Positions 1 through 10,038 of a stretch of DNA of 64,000 nucleotides are shown piece by piece. The stretch is from an uncultured virus (IMG/VR IMGVR_UViG_3300021478_000027) (taxonomy: Duplodnaviria; Heunggongvirae; Uroviricota; Caudoviricetes). Positions within the stretch are counted from its first letter, which is position 1. Each line of letters starts with the position of its first letter. The notes beneath the pieces are model-generated. The model saw only the letters and a list, made by a program, of their open reading frames with translations, made no database searches and was not told where the DNA came from. The position numbers and the translations under genes were made by a program. Where the stretch lies: the IMG/VR virus record IMGVR_UViG_3300021478_000027; one strand, written 5' to 3'.

Positions 1-460
1 CCTTGCAGAAAAGGTTGAGTGCTTAAAGCGAGGAGCGATCAGGATATCCGGCTCAATAAGCTGGATCGTCGTGTAGTCCTCCCCGCCATCGCGCATGTCG
101 TCGCGGACCCAGAGTTCGTGCATTGGAAAAAGTTCAATGGCGATCGTCGGCCCCAGCGTCGCCATGTTGGGATCGTTGGATAGCTGGACGATGCCGCCGG
201 GTTGCGGCTGCGTCATGTTTTGCAGACTGGTATTCAAAACGGCAGTGGACAAAACCTGGTGCATGAAGCTAGTGGGTTGGCTGCTCGCATTGTCCTTGTT
301 GGATGACCCAAGAATGCGCTTGTAGAGTTTTTCGGGTTCCGGCAGGCCACGGATACGCCGCCAGACCTGGTGCTTGTTCAGCCAGATCGTCTCAACAAAG
401 GCTTCCTGGTCGTGCAAATCGTTGACCGATTCATCGAGCACGCCAAACTGATGCGGCAAG
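1..460. repeat. Imperfect terminal direct repeat (copy 1)
   Basis: Aligns to 63540-64000 with 28 substitutions and a 1-nt deletion near position 17 (hand count). Confidence 0.95.
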
Positions 461-891
461 ACGAGGCGCGCGCCGCGGTAATGAAACGCGCTGTCCGAGC
501 CAATGCCAGCAAGTTGCTTGATCAGACACGAGCCGTATTTCAGCGCCTCGGCGACAGCATGCCCAAACGTCATGTCGATATTGTGCCGTTCCCATTCACG
601 AGAGACATGGCGGGCGACAACCGACCCTTGCTCCTGGATGTTCTTTGGGTAGCGGTTCTCGAAATCGAGGGCAAAGCGCAAGCCGCTCGGGCTGAAGAGA
701 TGTGAGGCTAGGCGATCGATGTGGCCATAGAGCATATTGGCGAGCGCCAATCCGCCAGCAGGGCGACCCGTCTCACACCATTGATAGTATTGCCGGTAAG
801 CGGCTTCGCGCTGACCGCGACTGACGCGGCACGCCTCAATAATTTCCGTCGAAAACGGGACGAGATCCTTGATGGTGGTCGGGATTCTCAT
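1..891 (-). CDS. Portal protein, 5' part (continues in the 62737-64000 copy; about 564 aa when joined)
   Basis: Hand translation from ATG at 891: MRIPTTIKDLVPF...HIDRLASHLFSPSGLRF...ALKYGSCLIK...LVLPHQFGV. It joins in frame to the ORF 62737..63999. The LASHLFSP motif resembles T7/P22-type portals, and the gene lies just downstream of the terminase. It is absent from the ORF track because it runs off the edge. Confidence 0.75.
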   Translation of the reverse strand, partial: MRIPTTIKDLVPFSTEIIEACRVSRGQREAAYRQYYQWCETGRPAGGLALANMLYGHIDRLASHLFSPSGLRFALDFENRYPKNIQEQGSVVARHVSREWERHNIDMTFGHAVAEALKYGSCLIKQLAGIGSDSAFHYRGARLVLPHQFGVLDESVNDLHDQEAFVETIWLNKHQVWRRIRGLPEPEKLYKRILGSSNKDNASSQPTSFMHQVLSTAVLNTSLQNMTQPQPGGIVQLSNDPNMATLGPTIAIELFPMHELWVRDDMRDGGEDYTTIQLIEPDILIAPRFKHSTFSAR

Positions 892-897
892 CGGGCG

Positions 898-1452
898 TTA
901 ACGGTGAGGGCCAAGTCTCCCGGCGCCAACGACGGCTTGCACCTGCTGTTGGTGTTGCGAGGTAATGGCTTGGCGGGCACGCTCTCCTGCATAGGCCCCA
1001 ATACCATGCGTTGTCGCCGCCGCAAAGGCTTGTGCGGTAACGGTATGCTGATGCCCTGTTTGCGGCGCTTGCGCCATTACCGCCGAGACTGGGTTGGGTG
1101 GTGGTGGCACGGCGGCGATCTCGCCTTCCTTCAAGCCGGTTCGGAGATTGGTGATCCTCGTGTGATCGTAGTCGGAGGCCGACCCGCCGCCGGCTTCAGC
1201 CATCATCTGCGTGCGGAGCGCGGAGGCATCTTCCATGCCGTAGTACACGTCGTCGGCGGCTTTGGCCTTTGCCGATAGGCCGTGAACGGCTGGGGCTGAA
1301 GGGACAAAGACCTCTTCGGGAGGGTCGGTTGAAACCCACGAGCCACAGAGCGGACAGCGATCGGGCGGTGGATCGTCTAATAAAACCTGCAAGTCTCTAA
1401 ACGTCCCACGACAGTCCGGACACTTCCAAGATCGGTATTTAGCCATCACCAT
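898..1452 (-). CDS. Zinc-ribbon (FmdB-like) protein between terminase and portal
   Basis: YRSWKCPDC...CPLCG, two CxxC pairs at the N-terminus. Confidence 0.6.
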   Translation of the reverse strand: MVMAKYRSWKCPDCRGTFRDLQVLLDDPPPDRCPLCGSWVSTDPPEEVFVPSAPAVHGLSAKAKAADDVYYGMEDASALRTQMMAEAGGGSASDYDHTRITNLRTGLKEGEIAAVPPPPNPVSAVMAQAPQTGHQHTVTAQAFAAATTHGIGAYAGERARQAITSQHQQQVQAVVGAGRLGPHR

Positions 1453-3392
1453 CTCCGCGTCGAGAAGACTTGCCGCCTCGGTGAGCCAATCCCCGATCGC
1501 CAGTTCTGCCGCAACGCCTCTGTAGCAGCCCGATGCCGCATCCCCTCCTTATCCTTAAAGAAGGATTGCATCGTATATTTGTTAACCAGAGCATATTGGT
1601 CAAGGATCGACGCGGAAAGGCGGGCCTTCTCGGCTTCGCGCGTGCGGTTGCTGGCAATAAGGCCGCGTCGCATTTTCTCGTCCCATGCGCGGATGCCAAG
1701 CGCCGCGGCGAACGAGCGGTCATCGCGCTTCTTCCCCGGCGCACCGATCGTGTCGCCTTCGCGGGTGATCGTCCGCATCTCCTCAATCAGCTCGATCGAG
1801 TGCGGGATGAAGGTTTCCGAGTTCAGATAACCACGCTCGGCTTCAAGAATTTGGATTTTGCGCTGGGTGGAGGTCACCCATTGATAATTATGGCCCGATC
1901 CCATCGAATCCGAGCGTTGGAAGACATAGTTGCGGGCATTTGCCGTGATATTGGCGAGACCCTTCTTCTCGAACTCGGCACGCAGATAGCCCTGCTGAAT
2001 CAATTGCCGGGTCTGCTGGTATTGCCGCCAAACCTCCTCGCCGGGCCCGTTCAACTCGCAGATGGTCATCACGGTAGAATCGGGTTCCTTGCCGTAATAG
2101 CCGACGAGGCCCCAGAGCAGCCAGGCGAATTGATGCGGGCGGATCGTCGCCGTCGCGTACTCGGCGACCTGCTCGATGCAGTCGGCGTAACAGCGCAGCA
2201 CCTGGGCGCAGGAATTATTGTTGTCCTCGTTGTGCCCAAATGCCGGGTCGCCCGCGACAATGTAGACGCCGCTCGTCACCGGCTCTTCCCAGATACGCAA
2301 TTCGATCTCGCGCAGGAAGCGGGACGGTTGGAAGTCGCATTCGGTCAACTTGTTGATGCCGGCGATGAACTTGTAGGTCTGCGCCTTGGGACCGGAGGAG
2401 ATGCGAACCGAGTTGGCGGTTAGAACCTCAGTATCAAAAAAGCTGGCGCCCGATTGCTGGAAAGCTTCGTCCTCGGTCCAGGGCTGTTCCTGGATGAGGT
2501 TGGAGTCCTCGGCGTCGCCCTCCTCCATATCCTGCGTCGGGTCGGACTTCTTGCGATACCACGCCAATTGCTCGGCAGTGATCTCCCAATCGTAGCGTTC
2601 TTTGACGGCGGCGATCCGCTTTAGTTCGGACGGGGTTGGCTGGTACTGACCGTATTTATAAAATTCGAGCGTGTTTTCGCGGATGATCTGGTTGTCCTTT
2701 GCCCACCAGCCGAGGAAGAGCGTGCGTTTGGCATCGTCGTCCTGCGCCTCCAGCCACATGTCATGCCAGGAATTGAACCCACGCGCGGTGGATTCCCACA
2801 AATAGAGGCGTTCGGGATAGGTCTCCGACAGAGACTGGCGAAAGGAGGTCAGCCCTTCGTCGTTATTCCACGAGCACAGTTCCGAGCAATGGCAAAAGTT
2901 AAGACCGACCGACCGACCCAGACCACCGGCTGACCGGCTCTGCTTGACGCCCGCCGCCATAAAGAGGATCTGCGAGTCATTTTCGAGAATCAACGCGTCG
3001 CGGTTGTTGTCGCGAATGCGCGGAAAGGCGAGCGATGACGGCAAGTTCGAGATGATGTTGATGATCTCGCGGCGGGCGGCGGCGGTGTTGTAGGCCGTGT
3101 CGAAGACGAAGGCGCCTTGCAGGCCGGGGTTCACGCCGAGCCAGAAGAGAGAGAGCGCGCGACTGATCGTGGAGACGCCGAGCTGGCGGGATTTCAGCGT
3201 GTAGAGTTCGTGCTGGCCTTCGAGGAGCGCGTCGAAGATCGCTTCGAGAAACCAGCTTTGGGCGCGGTAGATGTGGTCGCCAAGGCAGGTGTGTCCACCG
3301 AGTTCCTTGGAATTGATATAAACGGAGGAGACAAACTCCCGGAACCCGCGGCGGAAGGCATCGACCCGCTGTGGCGACCAACCGTCGCTCAT
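1446..3392 (-). CDS. terL: Terminase large subunit
   Basis: Walker A-like LKSRQLGVST, Walker B-like FCHCSE, coupling motif WESTARG, RNase H-like IVAGDPAFG and C-terminal RDDRSFA; 648 aa. Confidence 0.92.
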   Translation of the reverse strand: MSDGWSPQRVDAFRRGFREFVSSVYINSKELGGHTCLGDHIYRAQSWFLEAIFDALLEGQHELYTLKSRQLGVSTISRALSLFWLGVNPGLQGAFVFDTAYNTAAARREIINIISNLPSSLAFPRIRDNNRDALILENDSQILFMAAGVKQSRSAGGLGRSVGLNFCHCSELCSWNNDEGLTSFRQSLSETYPERLYLWESTARGFNSWHDMWLEAQDDDAKRTLFLGWWAKDNQIIRENTLEFYKYGQYQPTPSELKRIAAVKERYDWEITAEQLAWYRKKSDPTQDMEEGDAEDSNLIQEQPWTEDEAFQQSGASFFDTEVLTANSVRISSGPKAQTYKFIAGINKLTECDFQPSRFLREIELRIWEEPVTSGVYIVAGDPAFGHNEDNNNSCAQVLRCYADCIEQVAEYATATIRPHQFAWLLWGLVGYYGKEPDSTVMTICELNGPGEEVWRQYQQTRQLIQQGYLRAEFEKKGLANITANARNYVFQRSDSMGSGHNYQWVTSTQRKIQILEAERGYLNSETFIPHSIELIEEMRTITREGDTIGAPGKKRDDRSFAAALGIRAWDEKMRRGLIASNRTREAEKARLSASILDQYALVNKYTMQSFFKDKEGMRHRAATEALRQNWRSGIGSPRRQVFSTRRW

Positions 3393-3649
3393 CGCATCCG
3401 CAGTCCGCTCTGCCGCTGTTGCAATTCTTGCATGTACTGCGCGACCGCCGTATCGACGCGAATTTTGAGCGAACCCCAGAAGTGCTCAGCGCTGGGCGTG
3501 CCTTCGATGGTCAACACCTCGATGGTGCCGGCCAGTTGCCCGTTCTCGTCCAGCGGCGGAACGATGAGTACGGCGCCTGAGAACTCTTGCGCCTTCACGC
3601 CTTCGATGCGATCGGCCATCGCGCGGAACAGATCAGCTGGGCTTGCCAC
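3389..3649 (-). CDS. Hypothetical protein
   Basis: Probable GTG start at 3649; overlaps its neighbours in the operon. Confidence 0.5.
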   Translation of the reverse strand: MASPADLFRAMADRIEGVKAQEFSGAVLIVPPLDENGQLAGTIEVLTIEGTPSAEHFWGSLKIRVDTAVAQYMQELQQRQSGLRMR

Positions 3650-3860
3650 GTTTCCCTCTCTGCGTATAACCGTCGAGCGTCGCATGCAGCGCCTGCCCGA
3701 TCGACGGCGCGTTCCAGATGCTGTCGGCTTGTTCTGGCGTGACCGGGTGCGCCGATGTTTTGCCACTCTGGTACGCGACGGTCATCGTGCCCTTTTCAGG
3801 GTCATACGATATCGCGTCGATGTACGAGCTGTAGACGCGCTTGACGAGTGGTTCAGCCAC
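3633..3860 (-). CDS. KTSC domain protein
   Basis: VYSSYIDAISYDPEKGTMTVAYQSG...VTPEQADSIWNAPSIGQ matches the KTSC pattern. Confidence 0.75.
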   Translation of the reverse strand: MAEPLVKRVYSSYIDAISYDPEKGTMTVAYQSGKTSAHPVTPEQADSIWNAPSIGQALHATLDGYTQRGKRGKPS

Positions 3861-4097
3861 CGAACTTCCTCCCGATCTTGAGGTAATCCCTGATCGCGTC
3901 GTCCTCCGCCACCTCGCTCGCGGCGCGGCCGGCTTCCGTAATCACGTAGTTAACTTCGTCCACCTTACGCATAAAGCCGCGCCGGGTCAGCGCAAGGATC
4001 GGTTCCTTCCACCGCCCGATCGCGATCATCGACGACCCCTCCACGGCGATCATCAGCACCGTGCGCTCGTCGTCGGACAGCGGGACGATGGCTTCGC

Positions 4098-5000
4098 TCA
4101 TACCCCAAACCCCACAGGTTCGATCCGGTTCATCGTCAGCGCGAGACGCGTCTGCGACCAGCCGCTGGCACATGTCATGATCTGCTGCTCAAGGGCGCGG
4201 CCCGCTTCGGCACTCATTCTCTCATTGTGCCCGTGTTCCATCAACCGGCGCATCACATTGGTCCAGTTGTAGACCATGTGAAAAGCGCCCTTTTCGCTCA
4301 GTTGCAACCTCTCGGCGTCGGTTTGCGCGGCGAGTTGCTGGCCCATCACGCCCGTGTTGTCGGGGGACGGGTTCCACTCGTATGTGTGGAGAGGGATGTC
4401 AATATAATATAAGCCGCGTTCAAAGAGGGCCATGATCGGCAGCACCATGTCTTGGCTTTCGATGTTGCCGAGGGGCCCGTACTTTTCGTAAAGATCGCGC
4501 GCCCAGGCGCTGCTCGCGCTCGAGCCGATCAGGTACTGGATGCACTCGGCGGGAGCGATAAACCGGGAGCAACAATCCGGGAACGAGCTTTGGCCGTTCT
4601 GACCGGCGCCAACATAGGTCACCTTTGTGCCGATGTAGGAGGGGTTGAACTTTTCGAACGCTTCCAGCGTCTTCTCGGCCCGTTGCGGGTGATTGTAGTC
4701 GTCCGCCGAGCAGGAGATGATCAGGTCACTGCGGGCATGCTCGTGGAGCCAGTTGAACTGAACGTTGAGACCAGCCATCCCCTTCAAGTCGGTATGCGGG
4801 CAACGGACGAGCTTGACGGACTTCTTGCCGGTGTATTTGACGAACAGGGTGTTGACAATCTCGTAGCTGCCGTCGTCCGACCCCTGGTCGGAAACCAGCA
4901 CGTCGATATCGTCAATTGTCTGCTCCAGAATTGACTGTACGCAGCGTTCGACCCATTGCGCTTTGTTGCGCAGCGGAACCTGGAATGTGACTTTGCTCAC
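4098..5000 (-). CDS. Glycosyltransferase family 2 (GT-A), paralog of 53660..54580
   Basis: VTFQVPLRNK...SILEQT...VSDQGSDDGS...CSADD; probable GTG start at 5000. Confidence 0.85.
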   Translation of the reverse strand: MSKVTFQVPLRNKAQWVERCVQSILEQTIDDIDVLVSDQGSDDGSYEIVNTLFVKYTGKKSVKLVRCPHTDLKGMAGLNVQFNWLHEHARSDLIISCSADDYNHPQRAEKTLEAFEKFNPSYIGTKVTYVGAGQNGQSSFPDCCSRFIAPAECIQYLIGSSASSAWARDLYEKYGPLGNIESQDMVLPIMALFERGLYYIDIPLHTYEWNPSPDNTGVMGQQLAAQTDAERLQLSEKGAFHMVYNWTNVMRRLMEHGHNERMSAEAGRALEQQIMTCASGWSQTRLALTMNRIEPVGFGV

Positions 5001-5241
5001 TCTTCCGCCGCCTCGTACAGCAACCCTTCGGGCGTACACGGCGCGCCGAGGTTGCGCATCTCATAGCAAGCGACATGGCGGTTGGTCTGCCGCGCCACGT
5101 CATGACCGCAGCAGTAATACGCCGGCTCCCGGGCGCCGTTAAACAAGTGCTCTGCAACCTCGCGCCGAAACTCCTCTTGCGCCTCGCCAGTCGTAATGTC
5201 GCGCTCGTACATGTGCTTGCAGCGCTTGCAGGCCGGCACGC

Positions 5242-5796
5242 TCATTTTACCGCCTTCAGCACGATCTTGTATTCCTTGACGATGTTGAGGTTGACCAGCG
5301 CCATCTTCTCGAACACGGCCGGCTGATCCACCAGCTCGGGGAAGCGCGGGTCCACCACCCGCTCGACCGAGACCATCTCGAAATCCACGTCCCACATGTC
5401 GGCGAGACAGGTGTTTGCCGCCTTGTTCTCGCGGAAATAGGCATTGTTCCGCTTGCTTAAGAGGCTTAGCGAAGCCGGCGTGATCGCACGCACATGCGTC
5501 GGATCGTTGACAAAATCCTCGTGGAAAGGGTTGGGGCAGTTTATACGGACGAGGGCGTCAGGCGCGCAGACGCGGTAGAGTTCGCTGATTAAGTAATGAT
5601 ATTCTTCAACAAGCTCTCCCATGTGCTCTAAAGAATGATTAAACAACACCTCATCAACAGGATCATCATCGTCATCGGCAAAGCCCCAAAATTCTTTATC
5701 CAATTCCCAAACCACATCAGGCTTACATTGAGGATCGCTATCGACGTTCACCCAGCCGTCGAGTTTCTGGTAGCCGCACCCGGCATTGATTTTCAT
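5242..5796 (-). CDS. Class I SAM-dependent methyltransferase
   Basis: MKINAGCG...GWVNVD...HSLEH...ELYRVC...DPTHVR. Confidence 0.8.
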   Translation of the reverse strand: MKINAGCGYQKLDGWVNVDSDPQCKPDVVWELDKEFWGFADDDDDPVDEVLFNHSLEHMGELVEEYHYLISELYRVCAPDALVRINCPNPFHEDFVNDPTHVRAITPASLSLLSKRNNAYFRENKAANTCLADMWDVDFEMVSVERVVDPRFPELVDQPAVFEKMALVNLNIVKEYKIVLKAVK

Positions 5797-6812
5797 TGCT
5801 CTACCCACTCCGCATGCCCTTCGGCGACAAACCGCTCGAAATTCTCGTGGTTCTCCAACCAAAACTGCTCGGCAATCGCCGACAGCCCCTCGGGCGGGTC
5901 GTCATAGTCCGACCCCTTGATAAACTTCAGCTTCCCGCCGCGAAACGGCGGCAAGTGATCAAACCGCCAGACGACCCAAAGCTGCTGCTTGTCGGGCATC
6001 GCATAGGTCATCATCGACAACTTGACACCACCGCGGGCCTTGGCGTCGGCCTCGCCCTGCTTCAAATCGCGGTTCCCACAAACCAAAATCAGCGGCATGT
6101 CATTCACCCTCCCAGCCGGGCATGATCATAACAAGTACGGCGATATCCCCCGTCAGATGGCCAGCCACAACTAGCCACCTTTTTACATCCAGGTTCGTCG
6201 CAGATATTCTCAAATTGCTCGGCGGCTCGGCACTGTGGGCAGACGCTCCAAACCTGATCGCTCTCAGGATCGCTAAAGCGGACAATCTCACCCTCGTTGC
6301 CGCACCATTCGCATTCGGTACAGCGGAACAGGATCATCCCCTTATCCTTCCCAGGCAAATTGCCCGATGGTCCAGCCCGTGCGGGCATCTCAGGTCGGCG
6401 CAGATCGAGCAGCGGAAAATGGTCGGCATCGTCCTACTCGGCTCGTTGCCCGTCTGCATCCGCGCGAACACGCAGCGCCGGCAGCCGCACGCCGCCAACC
6501 ACGCATCATCGGCGCCGTGCATCAACCCGTATCCGCCACGCTAGAAGCTGCTGGTTGTGCTTCGGACAAATGGCTTGGTCCACCAGCTTGCCGGCGCCTT
6601 GGCTATAGCGTTTCACGTGAAACATTTTCACCATAACCACTCCTCCACCCCTATCGTCACGCGGAATGGCGACGGTTTACCTTGCTCTCGCTCAATGATG
6701 CGACGTAGCGGCCCCCACGCTTCAGGCGTATCCGTCTCGGCGATAGCCGCATTGAGCATTCTCAGGAATGACTCGCGACTGATGAGGGCCTGCCACTTAA
6801 CCAATTCAGCCA

Positions 6813-7430
6813 TCACCGCACCCCTATACCCATCGCGAGCAGATAGTGGCTCATCGGGAAGAACCCGCTGTGCAGCACCTCGTCATTCATCGACAGAACC
6901 AGAACGCACCTAAAGTATTGCTCCATTAGCCGCTTCAGGTCGCCGCCGGTCATGCAGGCGACGTGACCAAGCTGGCTCATCTCCGAGGCGTATTGCTGCG
7001 ATTCCAGCGATGGAATGCCGATGATGGCGCGCCCGTCCGCTCGCAGCGACGCGCAGACGTTGCGCAACACCGCATGGCTGTCGGCGATGTGCTCGAACAC
7101 GTCGAGCATGTAGATCGCTTCGTAGGGCCGGACGGGCAGGGGACCGTCCGTAATATCCCACTGCAACGCCCCGCTCTCCTCGCAGAAGCGTTCATCAAAG
7201 TCGTAGAGCCACAGCGCCCCAACAGCCTCTTTGACCAACCGTCCCGCAAAGCCATCGCCGCAACCAATCTCGGCCACCATCTCCACACCATCGAGAAGGC
7301 GGGCGACTTGCTTATACCGGCTCAGCGTGAACAGCAGCGTCTTCGGGTCGTCGCGCCAGCGCTGTGACGACATCGACCCCAGCGTCACAAGCGGTGTCGC
7401 GAAGCAGCGATCGTACTGGCGCTCGGTCAT
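6813..7430 (-). CDS. Class I SAM-dependent methyltransferase
   Basis: VAEIGCGDG motif I, LDVFEHI, LRADGRAIIGIP. Confidence 0.85.
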   Translation of the reverse strand: MTERQYDRCFATPLVTLGSMSSQRWRDDPKTLLFTLSRYKQVARLLDGVEMVAEIGCGDGFAGRLVKEAVGALWLYDFDERFCEESGALQWDITDGPLPVRPYEAIYMLDVFEHIADSHAVLRNVCASLRADGRAIIGIPSLESQQYASEMSQLGHVACMTGGDLKRLMEQYFRCVLVLSMNDEVLHSGFFPMSHYLLAMGIGVR

Positions 7431-7808
7431 TCCTTGCCTCCAGACGCGCGACCACGCGCCTCACCCTGCAGGTCGGCAGCGATCACATCAGAGCGGCCCT
7501 GCGCCTTCACCGCTTCCAATGTCTGATCCATCTTGGAATTGGTGTTTTCCTCCAACAACTTCATGTCCTTGCTGACTTCAAGAATAGAGTGCTTGGCACT
7601 CTGCGCTTCGCGCTTGGCCCGACTGGTCTCCACCGTGTTGTAGAGCAACACGCCAAACGCGCCCAACCCGATCATGTCGCTGAGCCAATCAGTCACAACG
7701 GGTGCCGCCAGTCGATCCAGCGATGCACCAGGGTCAGCACCAAGACACCGAACACACCGGCCATGGGGACCACGAACACCCAGAACGACGGCGTGTCCAT
7801 CGCCGCCA

Positions 7809-9161
7809 TCAGTCCGCTAAGCATGTCAGCTCCTCCCTCACCCGCGAGATCACGTCGCTCCATTGCTCGCCCAAAGACCGGCGCCAAAGCCGATGGTTCG
7901 GATACCAGATCGTGTCCTCACGCCCATGCTGCCAGCGCCAATCGCACCCCCGATCATTGAGCAGCAGCCAGGTCTTGCACCCCGCCGCGCCGGCCAAATG
8001 CGCCGCCGCCGTGTCCACGCTGATCAACAAATCCAACTGCTCGATCTCACGCAGGGTGTCCCGCATGTCGATGAGACCCGGCGACAGGTCGCGGATCAAC
8101 CCGTGCACGCCCAGCTTGTTCATCTCGTCCATGCCGCGCGGCCCTACCTGCAACGACACAAACTCAAGCCCCGGCACTTCAGTCAGCGGCAGCAAATCGA
8201 CAAGCGCGATGCTCCGTGACTCATCGTTGTCGTGGTTCGGGTCGCCCGCCCAGACCAGACCCACGCGCCAAACCGGACTCTCAGATGTATCGCCGGTTAA
8301 AATCCGCGGCAAATACGCCGCCTCCGTTGCCTTCAACCCCAGCGCCGGAAGATTCATAAGAGGTGCCCATGCGTCCACGCCACTTCCCGGCAGCGCACAG
8401 GGCATCGCCTCAACCTCCATGTCAGGCCACCCCCCGCGGCAGAGGCTCACCAGCTCCCGCTGTATCTGCAAAATCACCCGGTCGGCGCGACCGATTGCGG
8501 TATCCAGATACCGCAACATCTGAATGCTGTCGCCCAACCCCTGCTCGCTCCTCAACAGCAGCGTCCCCGTCCGCTCACCACGCCAGCGCGGGTAGGGAAA
8601 ATCATCCATCTCCGGCATCTTTAGCGGGATGCGCACCTCGAACTCCCGCCACCCCTCCTCCCACTGGCCGTTAAAGAACAAGGCAAAGGCCAACGCGAGG
8701 TGCGCGAGATTACGCTCGACAAGAGGCGTGACAGGAGCCAAATGCGCGCCGAGGCGGGCTTGCTGCAAGCTCTCCTCATCCTTACCGAGCGTGCAGAGAA
8801 CATGGCTCAAGTTCGTATGCGCCAAGCCAAAGGTCGGATTGGCCTCGATCGCTTCATACAAAACACGGCACGCCTCGTCCGTCCTCCCTGCCAGATGCAG
8901 GTTCCACCCCAACGCCGTCAACGTCATCGAGTCGCCCGGCTTTAGCGCGTTGGCTTTGGCCAACGCCGCCGCCGCCGCCGCCCACCACTTCGGCTGCCCC
9001 TTCAGACTATGGACCGAGAAACCCTCGCAGATCGCCCCATACAAATACCAGGCCCGCGCGTTCTGCGAGTCATCCCGCAACGCCGGAATCAGGAGCTGAT
9101 AGGCGAGACCAGCGTTGCCCGCCTTCACCGCGGCCTCGGCTTGGGCGAGAAAATCAGTCAC
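7809..9161 (-). CDS. TPR-repeat protein with C-terminal GT9-like (GT-B) glycosyltransferase domain
   Basis: N-terminal TPR-like helices (AWYLYG, ALGWNL, AHTNLS); EQGLGDSIQMLRY; VGLVWAGDP; LDLLISVDTAAAHLAGAAG; DWRW. Confidence 0.82.
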   Translation of the reverse strand: MTDFLAQAEAAVKAGNAGLAYQLLIPALRDDSQNARAWYLYGAICEGFSVHSLKGQPKWWAAAAAALAKANALKPGDSMTLTALGWNLHLAGRTDEACRVLYEAIEANPTFGLAHTNLSHVLCTLGKDEESLQQARLGAHLAPVTPLVERNLAHLALAFALFFNGQWEEGWREFEVRIPLKMPEMDDFPYPRWRGERTGTLLLRSEQGLGDSIQMLRYLDTAIGRADRVILQIQRELVSLCRGGWPDMEVEAMPCALPGSGVDAWAPLMNLPALGLKATEAAYLPRILTGDTSESPVWRVGLVWAGDPNHDNDESRSIALVDLLPLTEVPGLEFVSLQVGPRGMDEMNKLGVHGLIRDLSPGLIDMRDTLREIEQLDLLISVDTAAAHLAGAAGCKTWLLLNDRGCDWRWQHGREDTIWYPNHRLWRRSLGEQWSDVISRVREELTCLAD

Positions 9162-9797
9162 TTCAGCGCCTCGTCAATCATGGCGCGCCAATGGTCAGAT
9201 GGTTTAGCGATTCGATAGGCTTCATCACAGCCGCACGCCGAATAAGCAGCATGAGTCATCGCCTCAGTCGGCTCCCGCATCGCGGCAATCATCGCGATAG
9301 TGGCGGCTTCTTCCATTCCGTCACAAAAACCGTCAAACGGAATCGTGTAATCGTCCATAACCTTACATAAAACCGCCTTCACCCGTTCAACCATCTCACT
9401 CATCACGCTCCCCCAGCAACACCGCGATCTTCTCCAGCGCGTCCTCGGCCAAACGCGCCGCATTCACATCACCCGGCCGCAGCGCAATCTTCCGCAGCGC
9501 CGCCCGCGCCGCATCAATCGCCGCCCGCTCCCGCGTCCGCAACGGCCTCGTCAACCCATCAGCAACAGCCATCCGGTTCCTCCCGCGCCAAAACAAAGTG
9601 CGTCCGGCGACGATCGTAGACGCACGGTTCAGGCTTGAACGGCGCCGCAGAGCCGTGCATCACCACCCCCCAACCACCACCCCACTCGGCATTGGCAAAA
9701 GCCAGCAACTCCTCATCCTCACAATCCCCCTCGGCGCACACCTCCATCCACCGATCGCCCCAATGCGGGCGCACCACCTCGACCCGCCGCAGCGCGC

Positions 9798-9917
9798 TCA
9801 CTGCTCGATCATCCCGATCGCCGCAATCACCACCGCCGAGATCGCGCACATCGCCATCAAAAACACCGACAAACCACGCGAATAGCGAACCGGCACGTCA
9901 GGAGGAAGGTGAGGCAT
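9798..9917 (-). CDS. Small putative membrane protein (39 aa) directly after pentamer array C
   Basis: Hand translation MPHLPPDVPVRYSRGLSVFLMAMCAISAVVIAAIGMIEQ; one hydrophobic segment. Confidence 0.4.
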   Translation of the reverse strand: MPHLPPDVPVRYSRGLSVFLMAMCAISAVVIAAIGMIEQ

Positions 9918-9930
9918 CAGTTTCAATTCC

Positions 9931-10035
9931 TTGCCTTGCCTTGCCAAGCCTTGCTCTACCAAGCCTAGCCGTACCGCGCCAAGACCAGCCCCGACGCGCC
10001 GTGCCTGGCCGAATCATGCCCAGACACACCCTGCC
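9931..10035 (-). ncRNA. Pentamer array C (21 GGY-NN units), candidate guide RNA
   Basis: Minus strand: GGCAG GGTGT GTCTG GGCAT GATTC GGCCA GGCAC GGCGC GTCGG GGCTG GTCTT GGCGC GGTAC GGCTA GGCTT GGTAG AGCAA GGCTT GGCAA GGCAA GGCAA. Intergenic, starting 3 nt after a TAA stop. The periodicity is directly visible; RNA function is inferred. Confidence 0.75.
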
Positions 10036-10038
10036 GTG

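Noticed and set aside
1533..2423. Long + strand ORFs antisense to terL, capsid, portal and other genes
   Set aside because: Shadow ORFs typical of GC-rich coding DNA, with no motifs or RBS support.
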